Source of the DNA: Thecamonas trahens ATCC 50062
Taxonomy: Eukaryota; Protista; Apusomonadida
Length of the DNA: 64,000 nucleotides
Assembly: GCF_000142905.1 (NCBI RefSeq)
Contig: NW_013657622.1
Location: 62,001 to 126,000 of the forward strand
Direction of reading: 5' to 3'
The translations under genes were made by a program, and so were the position numbers. Of this stretch, positions 20,864 to 34,141 are shown one piece after another (the stretch's first letter is position 1; every line of letters starts with the position of its first letter). Under the pieces are notes generated by a model. It saw nothing but the letters and a program-made list of their open reading frames with translations. It did not search any database and was not told the DNA's origin.

Positions 20864-23811
20864 CTAATCGTACCCGACGTTGTAGTCAAAGTGCGGGCCG
20901 AGCTTGTCGGCGAGCAGCGCGTTGATCGGCCGGTACACCGCTTGCAGCTTGGCGCGGACCTCTGGGTCGAGCGTGGCCACCGTGGTTGTCGGCGCGTTCG
21001 GCCGCCGCTTGTTGCGGGTCGGCGCCTCGAGGACCTTGGCCCACACCTCCGCCGTCGGCGCATCGGCGCCCAGAAAGGCGTAGATCCGGCCAAGCGTCGC
21101 CTGTGGCATCGCCTTGTAGTCCTCCAGCCGGAGCCAGAGGAACCGAGTCGCCGGGTACGAAGCCAGCCAGTCGTCGATGTACAGCCCGTACATGCCCTTG
21201 ACCAGCTGCTGGGCGCCGCGCATGTACAGCTGCCGCGAGCACGCTGCTGCGTTGCTCCCGACCATGCACTTGTCCCACAGCTCGCACACATCGTGCGCGT
21301 GCGCCACAAGCTTGGCCTCGGTTGGCGACTCGTGGTTGTAGTAGTAGTACGCAGAGATGAACCGCGAGACCGGCTCGCGGAAGACCACAATGTGCCGCTG
21401 CTCCGGGAGCACCGCATGGAGAAAAGCCGGGAGGAGGACGTCGGTATTGTGGTTGCCGCGGACCGCCACGCCGGTAAAGGTAAACGTGTTCGACGACGCC
21501 TCGCCGCCGATGATCAGCTCGTTCTTTGCCGACGCCTCCGCCGTGCTCTCGAACAGATCCCAGTACGCCTCCACCGGACCGAGACCCATCATGTCGTCTC
21601 CCGGCCGCCGCTCGTCCCACCAGTGCGGGCCCTTGTTCGACGCGGCCCGAAGCCCAGGGTGACCCATCATCTGGTGGAACAGGTTAGTCGTCCCGCACTT
21701 GGACACGCCCAAGATTTGGAAGAACGGGAAGCACCGCGCCTTGCCCTCCACTTCCACGCATGGATTTCGCCGCCGCTCATCGTACGCCCATCCGCTGGCC
21801 TCGAGCACCTCGAACAGATGTGGATCTACCGCACGCATCGCCTCGTCGACTTTGCTCACCACAGGCCCGGCATGCGGGTACGTGCCCGACCCGCGCGTCG
21901 CGCCTGCTGCCGCTGCCGCCGCAGCTTGCGGAACGCCGTACACCACCGCCACGCTCGTCTGGTAGCCAGCGGCAATGCCCACAATCAGCCCGTGGTCAAA
22001 CGCGTTCGGGGCTACCACACCAATCGTCGCGCCATGTCCAAGCACCCCGACGGGTTGCTGCCCATCGTCAGCACCTGACCGCCTGCCGTCAGCGCAACAG
22101 TGTGGTACTCGCCAGCATCAATGGCCGCCAACCGCAGGCCGGCCGCGGTAGACTTGGTATCGCCCTCCATGTCGAGGACAGCCTGCGCCCGTTGCGGCTT
22201 CATCGCAGGCGCGGTTGTGCCCATCGCCTCCGGCCGCGTTCCCCACGCCCACAGCTCGCCGTCGTCGCTTAGCGCCAGCGAGTGCTCTCTCCCGGCAGCC
22301 ACCGCCGCAAATGACACCGCCGCCTCAACCGGCCTCAGCTTCAGATGGTGCTCCGACCGGCCGAGCAACGCCTGTCGCGCCGCCACCGGCCCGCCGCCGC
22401 CGTCCCACTGCGGCACGCCGATCTCGCCCGACCCGTCGAGTGCGTTGGCATAGCCGTCGAACCCAGTCGCGCACGAGAGGACGCTGCCGTCACTCGTCAG
22501 CGCCAGCACGTGGTGGTAGCCCGCGTCGACGCCAATGACCTCGGCCTCGGCCGCCATCACCCGTGCCGCCGCGCCAGCCGCCACCGAAAACGCGCTCTGC
22601 TCGCCCGTCCACCCGCACACGTTGAGACCCATGGTGTAGACTGAGCCGTCGGCGGCCACTGCCGTTGTGTGGTAACGCCCAGCAGTGACCGCTACAAACA
22701 CAACGCCGCGTGCCACCGGTACAGCCCGTGGCCAGCCGTCGCGGCACCCGACGCCGCCACAGCACGCTGGCGCAGGCGCAGCATGGCCCCCACTACACCG
22801 CTGGCTCAGCAGCGTCGCCTCCTCGGGTGAGCCCGGCATCGGCGCCGCAACCCCGTCGTCGCCGGCAATCCCGCGCCGCCCGAGCTGGCCAAAGTCGTTG
22901 AGGCCCCAAGTGTAGAGCACGCCGTCGGCCGAGACCGCTGCAGAGTGGTACCGTCCTGCGGCGACGTCGACAACCTCAATGCCCGCCAGTGCCGTCACTA
23001 CGCCCGGCGATCCGTGGTCATCAAAGCGACCGAGCTGGCCAGATGCATGGACTGGAGGTGATCCGCCGCCACCGCCGCCTGCCGATGAGTTGCGGCCCCA
23101 GGTAACCACTCCGCCGCCCGACGTCAGCGCCACCGAGTGCCCGCCGGCTGCCACCTTCTCCACCCGCCACATGGCCCACATAGCCGGCATCAGCCCGGCG
23201 CTCCCGCCGCCCGCATCGATCTCCGCCTCGATCCGCAGCCGATCATTCGCCACCAGCCTGCCCTCATCGGCAATCCACCGCCCAGCACCACTGCTGGAGT
23301 CCATCGCTACAGCAGAGACTGCCGGCTCGTCGCTACCGCCCTCGCCAGCCCGACTAAACCCGCTGTTCACGCCCCACAACCACGGCAAGCCCGGCTGCGA
23401 CGGCGACGGCATCGGCCTCGCCGCAGCCGACAAGGCCGGTCTAGGAGAGCGACCAGCCGACAAAGACGACGACGATGATCCTGATGACAACGATGGCGAG
23501 GTGGCTCCACTGGTGTGTCCGCCTCCAGTGGCATGACCACCTGATTTGGCGCTCGTCGTTCGTCCGCCTCGGCCGCCTGTCGTCGTCGTCTGCCGGCTCC
23601 CTCCGCCGTCTGCCACTTTGCCACTCCCACCACCGCCGCCATCGCCGCCCGCACCGCCAGCACTCGCCGAGTGGTGTCCAGCCCAGCTGCCGGTGGGGAC
23701 CTTGACCGCCACGGGCTCGTCCACCAGCGTCAACGCCCAGTACGCCGACATGCTCATCACCACAATGACCACCACAGGGAGCCTCCATCGCTTCCTCAGC
23801 CTCACCCCCAT
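20864..23811 (-). CDS. type II membrane protein: N-terminal TM anchor + RCC1 repeats + PAPS-dependent sulfotransferase (CHST15/HS3ST-like); frameshift at ~22045-22048
   Basis: RCC1 repeats 'VAAGRYHSAAVSADGVLYTWGLNDFGQLG'; 5'PSB 'CFPFFQILGVSKCGTTNLF'; 3'PB 'FREPVSRFISAY'. Adding one G restores the RCC1 consensus GSNPSGVLGHG and fuses ORFs 22012-23952 and 20864-22045. Confidence 0.8.
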
Positions 23812-24107
23812 CTTCTTGCTCCTCTTCAATGGGCAGAGTTGAGTGCTAGTCCGTACCAATGCCCATGCTCGTGCCGGAGACGGCCTGTCTCGTCTCGCCC
23901 GCCACACGTCACTGTCACTGCTTTGCTGGCAATCGAGCAATTTGGCCACCATGGCCTTCCTCGAGGATTAATCGTTGACAACCTGGTTCGCGTGTTCGTT
24001 CACGCTCAGATGTGCAAGTGGCGGCAAGCCGATGCGCACGGTCAGTCAGGCTCGGTCGGTCGGGCTCGGTCGGTCGACCATGGTTTATCGCCAGCGGTGG
24101 GGCATGC

Positions 24108-27100
24108 CTAGAGGTATCCGTCGTCGACGAGAGCAAGGGTTTCTGCTGGGGAGACGACGACCGATGCAGAGGCCGGCGCGGAACGGCTGAGGGCTTTCTT
24201 GCCACGCCCGCGGCGTGCAGACAGCGAGTTCGGCACGCTCGGGCTGCCTGAAGGCTTGATGGGCGTCGGGTGCCTCGTCTTGCGCTTCTTAGCCTTTCGC
24301 AGCTTTGAGGACTTCGACGTCCCGTGACTGCTGGGGCGCTGCCCGTGGTTGTCATCATCGCTTCGCCGGCGCTTCCTCGACTCGCCAAAGTCATCGCCCT
24401 CGTCCGGCGGCACAACAAACAGCACATCATCCTCTTGCGTCGTCAAAGGCTCCGCTTCTTCGGGTGCAGTCGCGCTCGTCTCGCCAGCCTCATTTGCCTG
24501 CGCGAGCAGCTCAACAGAGCTCGAGCGCGACGCAATATCCATCGGCTCCAGCTCAGATGCCATACTGCCGCGGCCAGCATCGGTCGGGCCAGACGACGAC
24601 GATGTCAGGACCGACGACGTCGACAGCGGCGAAGACGACGACGGCGACGGCGACGGCTCCTGACCTAGCTCGGCAGCTACCACTTCAGCGGTAGTGTCGA
24701 CCGCGACCTCGCTGTTATCGTCCGCCACGATCTTGGGCTGAGACAGCTCACCCTCGCTCTCACCCTCACCCTTGCTCCCCGACGACGAGGAGGAAGCCGA
24801 TGACGACGATGACGATGAGGTTGACACGATCTCCACGACCGGCTGTGTGTCTTCCGGAGACTCCACCTTGTCTTCCCTCTCGCCGTCGCTCTCGCCGTCG
24901 CTCCCGCCGTCGCTCTCGCCGTCGCTCCCGTCATCACTCCGGTCATCGCTCGCGCCGTCGCTTCCGCCGTCGCTGCCGTCATCTCCATCACCCTCAGCAC
25001 TAGCCTCCAAGCCAGAGCTGCTTCCGCTGCCGCTGCTGCTTCCGCTGCCGCCAGTCTCCTCAGTGGGGACTGCAACAGCCTTGTCGTCGTCATCGTCTTC
25101 GCCTTGGTCCTCGCTCTCGTCAGCCTCAGCGTCGGCGGCCGCCGACTGACACATCGCCGAGTACGCCACCTCGAGGTCGTGTAGGTTGTCGGCGGCAATG
25201 AGCTCGTCGTCGTCGTCGTCAGTGACGGCGGCGGCAACGGCCGGCTCGGCCGCGCCATGCGTTGCGGCCCAGTCCTCTGCGAGCTTGGAAATGATGGACT
25301 GCATTTCGACGCGCTTGGTGGTGATGTCCTCCTGAGAAAACGTGGTCTTGTCGACCGGGAGGTGGTTCTTGGTCACTTTTTTCGGGCTGAGCTGGAGGTA
25401 GAGCTCGATGACGTGGAGGACAAAGAGGCCGCAGTCGCACGAGTTCTGCTGCAGTGTGCCGTCGACGCCCTGGCCCTGAAACTGGCGAAAGAACTCGCGC
25501 GGCTCGGCGATGGCCTCGGGCGTGATGTCGGGTGGGAGAGAGTCGGCGGCGATGCGGGCTTCGAGATCAGCCACCAAAAAATCACGGACGGTGCTGGGCA
25601 CGTGCTGGGCATTCCGCGGGTGGAGCGAGTCGTAGACTAGGATGAGCGGGCGGAGGTTGCTTGCGCGCGACGCAGCACGCTGAGGGCGCAGCGCCGAGGC
25701 GTAGCCGATGACCACGGCCAGCTTCCAGTGCATGGCCTTGTGGATGGGAAAGAAGAGAAAGTCGGCATCGAGCATGTTCCGGACCTTGCCCGACCACTTG
25801 ACTGCCCGCCGGATGCCGGCCACGCCCGAGTCCATCTTGGTGTACATGAACGAGTTGAAGATGTGGTAGCTCGAGTCGTGCATGGTAACTCGCCCATCGT
25901 ACTCGGCCTTGGCGCTTTGCAAATAGAGCGCGTAGAACTCCATGAGGGTGTCGTTGAGAAAGTAGCCCGGTTCGAGCATCCGCAGCTCGCGCGAGGTGAT
26001 GACCACAGACTTGGCTGCCGCCGCGCCGTCGACGTCCGGAAACACAAACAGTTGCTTGTCCGACTCCTCAACATCGACAATGCCTGAAGCCACGTCGTCG
26101 ATGTCAATCAAGGTCGCCCGGCTGCTCCGCGCCGTCGACCGACGCCGCCGGCTCGACCGCCGCCTCCGGCTTGCTGCGACCCCACCGCCATCGCCGACGC
26201 ACTTGGGCGCGTACTGCTGAAGGATGGCCAGGCAGTCATCGGCCTCGTCCTGGTTCTTCAGCTGCTTCAGCTTGCCGTTGAGCTCGCGTTCAAGGCCAAG
26301 CTTGCGCCACATGCTGTCAAGACACGTCCGCAGCCTGGTCACCAGGCCACCGTCAAAGACGATAATGACGTCAGAGCTCGACTCTGTCTTGCGACTACCC
26401 TCGCTCACCCGCCGCACCGTCATGCTCCCAGTGAGCGTCACATGCATGTACGGTTCGAGAACATGATGGTGCTCGACAATCCGGTCGCGGGGGTAGTACA
26501 TCGCCACAGAGCCGACTGACGTGTACGGCACCACAATCTTGAACCGTGTCGGCTTGAGCTCGCCGTTGTGGGATGAGTCCTCGCCTTCGATGGTCAGCTT
26601 CTTGGGGAAAAACACCAGCGACTTGACATCAAGCCGCGTCCCGTCGGCGATAACAAACTTGGCGTATGGGCCGCAGCTGACCTTCAAGCGCTGGGTAAAC
26701 TCAATCTCCTCGCCAGCAGCCGGCGCAGCGGTTGCAAAGGCTGAGCCGTTGACGGACCCCACCGCTTTGGCTTGCCGCGCGAGCACGCGCACGGGAGACG
26801 GCGTACTCGGCTGAGAGAACGGCAAGGTCTGCTGGTTGCGCCCTGTCGGCGGCCTGCGGCGGATTGCTGGCGCGGCCTTGCCGTGCCTATCCCGCATGAC
26901 CCGAGTCCGCGATCCGGACTTCCGCTCGCTAATAGCGCGCGGAACAGCAATGCCAGCTGTCGACGGAATGTCGCGCTGTGCCGACTGGCGAGCACTGCTC
27001 TCGATCTTGGCAAACAACGAAGGTGTGAGGGTCTGGCCGGGGCGCAAGTAGTCCTGGGGCTTCTTGGCAAAAGAGATCAGCCGGCGCGTGCGGGTCGACG

Positions 27101-27667
27101 ACGGGACTATGGCTGAAGAGGCACGCGAGTTGTACTGCGAGCTCGACGCAGACGCACTCGTCCTGTGCTCGGCCTTCAACACCGTGACGAGATCGACTGC
27201 AGGGACCTTGCTGGTGTCGACATCCACCGGATTGGCCTTACTCGCGCCCGATCCTGTCCGCACTCCCACACAGCCTCGTAGCGTGAGTTGAGTTGGCCCC
27301 GCCTACATCTGCAGCAGCCGCAAAAATGCTCAGGCGATGGCGGCATCAGATGCTTAGCGCCGGCCGGAGGCTCAGGAAAAGGCCGTCAGAGGGGTGATCG
27401 CAGCGGCGATCGCCCGCGGTGATCGATCACGCAGGGGGGGGGGGGGGGGTACACTCTCCCGGGCAGCTTGCCGCGAATGATGCCGAGGAAAAGAAACAGA
27501 ATAGGGATAGTAGGGATGCAAGAGATATGATGTCGGTGGCGGGTGGTTTGGGGATACGTACGTGATCTTCTCCGATGGCTTGAGGCTTTCCTCAGCTTGG
27601 GGCTGGGCGTCTGAGGGAGAGCGAGCTCGGTGGGCGACTCGGCCTCAAACTCGTACTCGTCGGCCAT
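24108..27667 (-). CDS. Ulp1/C48 SUMO protease, SENP6/7 (Ulp2)-like; probable exon1 27667-27562 (junction unresolved)
   Basis: 'ITSRELRMLEPGYFLNDTLMEFY', His 'PIHKAMHWKLAVV', Asp 'YDSL', Cys 'QQNSCDCGLFVL'; acidic/Ser tail. Upstream MADEYEFEAESP...|GTACGT donor. Confidence 0.85.
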
Positions 27668-28148
27668 GGGCAGGGCAGGGATGGGGTGAAGCGGCCCGGG
27701 TGTCTCGAGCACGCACAACTGGGTCCCCCGTAGCCAAGCTCTGCTACGTGGCGTGTCTCTGCACACTAGCAACTGAAGTTGAGTGCACCGAGCAGAGGCC
27801 ACGCGAGCCGGAGCGCTGTGGTCGCAAAGTCGTCCTGCCACAATCAATAGCCATCGACCATAATCATGGGATCTCGGCTGCGATCAATAGGCCGCCATGG
27901 GCATGATCGGAAGAAGACAAGACAAGACACAGTCATACTGCTGTCGACGAGAGAAAGCAGGCAAGAAGCATGGGGGAGGTGGATGCCAGTCTTCCGAGCA
28001 TGAAGCGAGGCATGATGACATCAAGCATCCACGAGATCATCACAACATCAATCTGTGGCTAGACAGCGACAACGAGTCCTCCCACCCCCCCCACACACAC
28101 ACATATATATATATATATCACAATCTTCATTGCGCTGTTGGGATCATC

Positions 28149-28268
28149 GGGCGGGCGGCGGGTGGCAGGTGGTCGGTCGGGCGGTCGGTCGGGCGGTCGG
28201 GCGGGCGGGCGGTCGGGCGGGCGGGCGGTCAGTCGGGCGGGCGGGCGGTCGGTCAGGTCGGGCGGGCG
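28149..28268. repeat. (GGCG/GGTC)n tetranucleotide-type repeat in divergent intergenic region
   Basis: direct observation. Confidence 0.85.
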
Positions 28269-28486
28269 TCCGTTGCCAGCCGAGCCGAGCGGGGAGAGCG
28301 ACAGGACGGCAGCGGGGGGCGGGGGGCGGGGGGGGGAGGGCAGCCACTTCACTTGCCGCAGCAGGAGAGGCAACAGGAGCGCGACCAGGAGTACATCCTC
28401 CCCTCTCCTCCCTTCTCTCCCTGCTAGCCCGACTGGCTACCACCGCATCCGACCTTGTGTATTCTACAGTGTGCGCTGGAGCAGCC

Positions 28487-31373
28487 ATGTCGACGACGAC
28501 GCAGACAAGCCAGTCGCGTGCGGCGTATGCGTACAACTTGCTGATGGCTTCGCAGACCCGTCCTGCTCAGCATCAGGTGTGGAATGGGCCGGAGACCGGG
28601 TTTGGCTCCCGTGGGGGTACGTGGAAGGGGGGGGGATGGGCATAGGCATGAAGTGAGGCAGTGGGGGGGGGGGGGCATAGGCATGGGCATGGGCATGGCC
28701 ATCATGGTCGAGGTCATGGACATAGGCATGGCCATCATGGTCGTGATCAGTGGACAGTAGGCATGGCCATCAGTGGTCAAGGTCATGGACATGGGCATGG
28801 CCATCATGGTCGAGGTCATGGACATGGGCATGGCCATCATGGTCGAGGTCATGGACATAGGCATGGCCATCATGGTCGTGGTCATGGACATGGCATGGCC
28901 ATCATGGTCGAGGTCATGGACATGGGCATGGCCATCATGTCGTGGTCATGGACATAGGCATGGCCATCATGGTCGAGGTCATGGACATAGGCATGGCCAT
29001 CATGGTCGTGGTCATGGACATGGGCATGGCCATCATGGTCGAGGTCATGGACATGGGCATGGCCATCATGGTCGTGGTCATGGACATAGGCATGGCCATC
29101 ATGGTCGAGGTCATGGACATGGGCATGGCCATCACGATCATGGCCATCATGGTCGAGATCCTGGAGAGTGGCATGGGGAAGGGTGGCCACGGACAGTGAC
29201 AGGACAGAGGCAAGGGCGAGGAATTGACTCATGGTTGGGTTGACGGATGGGCGACGTGGTGGTTGTGGGACATGGTCGGCGATGGGCATGATCGACTGGC
29301 CTCGGCCATGTAGAACGATCCTCGCCGAGCCAGGTCACGGGCCCGAACAGGGCCAAGTACTTCCGCAAGTCGGTGGTGCCTTACATGCGGACGGTGGCGC
29401 CGAGCACAATGCTGGAGCAGGTTGCGGCGGCTGATGCGGCGGCAAGTGCCCTGCAGACCATGGGCGGTGCGACTTCGGGCGGCGCTTCGCGGCTGGGCGT
29501 CGACTCGCGGAGCGGGAGACTGGCTTCCGCAGCGGGCGCGACGCGGACGTCAGCGGTCGACGCCGGGCTGCAGAGCGCCGGCGAGGGCGCCGGCAGCAGA
29601 GGCACGCGTGAGGGCGCACGGTCTGTTGGCGTCCAGACCCTCTACCGCGAGTCTGAGGCGCAAACCGATCCATACACGCCCGAGTACGTGACCCGAGACG
29701 GCGAAGAGCCCGAGCTCCTCTCGCTCGCCATGTTTACCTACGGCCACGGCCTTCCAGTCACGATGGACGAGATCGAGTTGATTGAGAAGGCGCGCGAAAA
29801 GCGGGCGTGGGAGGCCTCGCTGCCGCCCATTGACGACCCGGACCAGTTTGAGCTCCGCCAGCGGATGATGGAGGAGATGGAGATGCAAGAGTGGCGCGAG
29901 CGCGAGGAGGAGATCGAGCGTCTGCAGCAGGCCCGGCTCGAGGTCCTCCGCCAGATGATCGAGCAGGCCGACGTCGAGAACGAGGAGCTGAACAACGAGC
30001 GCGTTGCCGAGGTCTGGCGACTCAACACTCTCGCCAAAGAGGTCAAGGTCTCCAACGTCCAAGCCGCCCGCATCAAGACCCTGCGCAAGCTCGCCCGCCG
30101 CCGCAAGAAGCTCGACCCGCTGCTCTCGCTCTCGGCGCTCGAGGCCACCAAACGTGACATTGTGGCCGAGTATGCAGACTTTGGCTCGCACGTCTACGCC
30201 GGGGCCAAGCGGAGCGGCAAGGCCCGCGACACCCAGGACACCGCCCAGCTGTACGACATCTCCTATGCCATTGACCTTTCGTCGCGCGCCGCGCTCGACG
30301 AGCTCGAGGCCTTTATTCCCACCGACGCCTTTACCCCCAAGATCGACATCCCCATCCGCCATACCAAGGCCCGCACCCCGGCCGAGCGCAAGATGCGCAA
30401 GGTGACTCAGCAGCTCGAGGTCGTCGACCGCGCCATCAAGAAGCGCAAGGACACGTCCCAGCGCCCGCGGACGCCGCTCACCTGCGCCCATCGCATCGAA
30501 AAGCCGCCGCCGCGGCCGCCCACCCCGCAGCTCCACCAGCCCGATAAGGCCGAGGAGGAGAAGGACGTCGCCGTCATCCTCATCCAGTCCCTCATCCGTG
30601 GGCGCGCCGTTCAGAACACGATGTTCGAGGGCAAGGAGCGCCGGCTCCCGCTCATCCAGGAGCTCCGCTCCGTCCACGCCGTCTCCCAGGTCGAGCGCAA
30701 CGAGCTCGCCCAGCTCCGTCGCGACGCCCTCGCCGCCCGTGCCGCCCGCGACAAGACGGCGCGCTCAGCCAAAGCCAAGTCGGCCGCCGTCGAGTCTGCG
30801 CTCGGCTCGGTTGTCGGCAACGCGCTCGAGTACTTTTCAAAGCAGCTTGTTCGTCTCCGCGAGGAGCGCCGCATCGCGGCCATGGTCAAGCTCGCCGAGC
30901 GCGAGCGCCGCCGCCGCGAGGCTGCAGAGTCCGGCCGCCGCGTCGCCGAGGAGGCCCGCCGCAAGGTCGAGGATGAGATCTTTGCACAAATCATGGGCAC
31001 CCACCAAGAGTCAGTTGACTCGTACATCGAGTCGGTCCTCTCCTCGGCCGTCGCCGCCACCTCACGCGACCAGGCGCTCGACGAGGCTCGCCTCAAGGCC
31101 GCCCAGCTCAACACCCTCGTCGACGAGCTCGAGGCTCAGCGCGAAGAGCCGAGCGTCGTTGTTCGCGACCTTGTCACCTCGTTCCTCTTCCCCGAGGTCG
31201 AGCGCCGGACCCTCCAGGCTCGTGTCGCGCACCAGCAGCGCCGCTTTCTTGCAGGCGCCCAGGCCGCCGTCCGCGCCTCGGTCGCCAACAACGCAGCATC
31301 GTTCTCCGACGCCGTTGCCCCGGCCCCGTCGCGCGCACGACCCGGCTCGTCGCCGCTTGTCCCGCGCCCATAA
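28487..31373 (+). CDS. CFAP91: cilia- and flagella-associated protein 91 (MAATS1/FAP91); exon1 28487-28576, intron 28577-29333, exon2 29334-31373
   Basis: 'VGVQTLYRESEAQTDPYTPEY', 'IERAREKRAWEASLP'-like segment, IQ-like 'LIQSLIRGRAVQNTMFEGKERR'. Splicing gives '...HQ|VTGPNRAKYFRKSVVPY'. Confidence 0.9.
28676..29160. repeat. 33-bp CATG-rich minisatellite (CATGGCCATCATGGTCGAGGTCATGGACATGGG) inside CFAP91 intron 1
   Basis: period 33 (28801, 28834, ...). Confidence 0.92.
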
Positions 31374-31457
31374 ACGTCTGCCAAGCCGTGGCAAACTACG
31401 CCTGTGTGTGTATTCGCGGCTGATTCATGCCGCCAATCGGCTGCAGCTACCACATCA

Positions 31458-34141
31458 TCACCGCTTGTCGGTGCTGGGCTCGACGTTGCCCGGCAGGGTC
31501 AGCTCGCCAGCCAGCGCCTGAGTCATGTTCGGCAACTTGAAGCCGTCAATGTAGGCAGCGCGGGCGGCGTGGAGCGCGTCAAGCTCGGCCACCTTTGTCT
31601 GCGGGAACCACGAGCGGCAGCGGCAATTGTGGATCTCGCCCTTGCGGGACACGCCCGACGTGGAGCCGGAGAGATCGCAGGGCGAGACGGTGGTCGAGGC
31701 CGAGCCGGTGGTGGTCCCGCTCCGCGAGCCGCCCTTGCGACGGTTCTTCTTCTTCTTGCGGTTCCGCCGCGACGGGACCTGCAGGCGGCGCCGCGACCGG
31801 CGCGAGCCCGACTCGGAGCCCGAGCTCGACGCTGTGCCGGAAATCTTGAACGAGGGCACAACCCGGCCCGAGGTCGACGCCAACGACGCCGCTGCTGGGT
31901 TGTTGCGCGGGTTGCGGCACTGGGCAAAGACGGCGGGCCGCGGCTCGTCGGCGCCGCCCATCAGTTCGATCGGCGCAGCGTGGGCAGAGATGACGGCGCG
32001 GATGGCAGCGAGTCCAGCCTGCGATGGCGAGAGCGCATTGAGTGGCTCGGCGCCGGCAAGGACCGCGGCGCAGGCGGCGGCCGAGTCGGCAATGGCCTTG
32101 AGCGAGTACCCGCCCTCGAGAGCGAGGATGACCTTGTCTGGCGCAGCATCGCGGATGGCGGCGGTCATGGTGGCGTAGGCAAGCGGAGTGAGGCTCGCGC
32201 CGCCGAGCGGATCGCCAGCAGCAGCGTCAAAGCCGGCCGAGATGAAAACAAGCTGCGGCTGGTAGCGCTGCATGAGCGGGAGGAGGACGTGGTGTAGGAC
32301 AGCGAGGTAGTCGCCGTCGCCGATGGTGGCGCCGTCGAGGAGCTCGGCGGCCGACGGCAACGAGCCTGAGGGACGCTCGGCTGTCGCTCCGGGCGTCAGC
32401 TCGTCGTAGTTCCAGGCCACGTTGTAGTTGAAACCCGAGCCTGGACAGACACCCGTGGCCTCAGGCCCGGCGGCGTAGTACGGGATGGCGGGCGAGCCCG
32501 GGTAGAACGTGCCGTTGTCGAAGCGATGCATGGAAAAGTACATGACAGCGGGGTTATCGGCAAAGGCATTCTGAATGCCGTTGCCGTGGTGGACGTCCCA
32601 GTCGATGATGAGCACCCGCGCGAGCGGTGCCTTGAGGCCAAGCGATGGCCCAGCTAGACTCGGCGATGTAGCCACACCGGCTGCTACGGCCACGTTGTTG
32701 AAGAGGCAGAAGCCCATTGGAGTCGACCGCTCCGCGTGATGGCCCGGCGGCCGGATGACAGCCACGCCCGAGCCGAGCTCACCGCGGGCCACGCGGGCGG
32801 TGAGCTCGAGTAGACCACCGGCTGAGAGCTCGGCCGCCACGCCCGAGTGCTTGTTGAGAAAAACCGAATTGCAGGCCGCCACCAGCTTCTTGCGCGCCTT
32901 GACCGACGCAGTGGTGATGCCGTGGACGTGCGACCAGTGTGCGCTCGAATGCACTGTCTTGGCCTCGTCGAGAGTGAGCGGGCGGACCGGCACCCGCTCA
33001 AACTTGGCCTCCAGCCCACGGTACTGCAGGGCGGCCATGATCGAGACCACGCGGTGCGGTGCTTCGGGGTGAGTCCACTCGGACGGCGACATGTGCTGGA
33101 CCATTCGCGCGTCAAAAACGAGGCCGGGCCTGCGCGCCGACCTCGCCCCGCCCGCCGCCGCGGCGACCTGGCTGCCGCCGGGGACCCCATCCGCGCCGCC
33201 GCCGGCTGCCCGCGACCGCGACCGGTGCACCTGCCGCCGCCGCCGCCCCGCCCGCCGCCGCGGCGACGACAGCGGCGGCTGATGACCGCTTGGCCCTCCA
33301 TCGCCCTCCAACCCCAGCGAGAGCGAGTCCATCATCGACAGCGACCGGTGAAGCTTCGATCGGCCGAGAACCAGACTCGGTGACGCCGGTGGGAGCAGTA
33401 GGCCATCTGGCAGCTCTGGCACAGCCACCACAAGTTCTTCTTCAACCACAGCCTGCGAACTGCCCTCCTGTACAGCCGCGACCTCGTCCTCGTCTTCAAC
33501 ATCTCCCGACAGCGAGAGCGACGAGATCATGTCAAACTCGTCATCGTCGCCACTGCCATGATCTTCGCCAGCACCATCGGCACCCGTCGTCCTGGCATTG
33601 GCACTCGTCGTCGTGACGTCGGCATCCGTCGTCGTGACGTCGGTACCCGTTGTCGTGATGACAGAAGAGCTTGGAGACGGACCCGGGCCGGCAGCAGGGC
33701 CGGCAGCAGGGCCGGCAGCAGGGCCGGCAGCAGGGCCAACAGTGGCAGTAGCAAAAGCTGCGGCGCGGGCAGAGAGGATGCTGGCCAGGGTGTGCGGATC
33801 GGCCAGGACAGCGAGGATGGGCCCTGCATCGAGCGGAGCGATGGGCACGGCGAGGGGCGCCCAGGGCGAGGGCGGGGCGGGAGGCGGCAGGCGGGGCGGC
33901 CGAGCCTGCGGCGTGTGCGGCAAGGAGATAGGCCAGTGAGTCGAGCGGATACGGCGGACCGAGGCCATTGAGGGCCACAAAGGGCGTGGGGAGGGCCCGC
34001 GGGAGGACCGGGTGCCGCTCAGGCCGCCGCCACCTCGCCCGGCGGGTGGAGGACCAGGCCCGTCCGGGTCGGGCTGACTGCTCCGCCGGCAGCCATGTGG
34101 GCCGCCAGGGCTACTACTCCGTTCTGCGGATTGATGCCCAT
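31458..34141 (-). CDS. class II histone deacetylase (HDA1/Clr3/HDAC6-like); N-terminal region frameshifted, probable ATG at 34141
   Basis: 'HPEAPHRV', 'RPPGHHAE', 'GFCLFNNVAVAA', 'DWDVHHGNG', 'SAGFDAA', 'LEGGY'. Confidence 0.88.
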
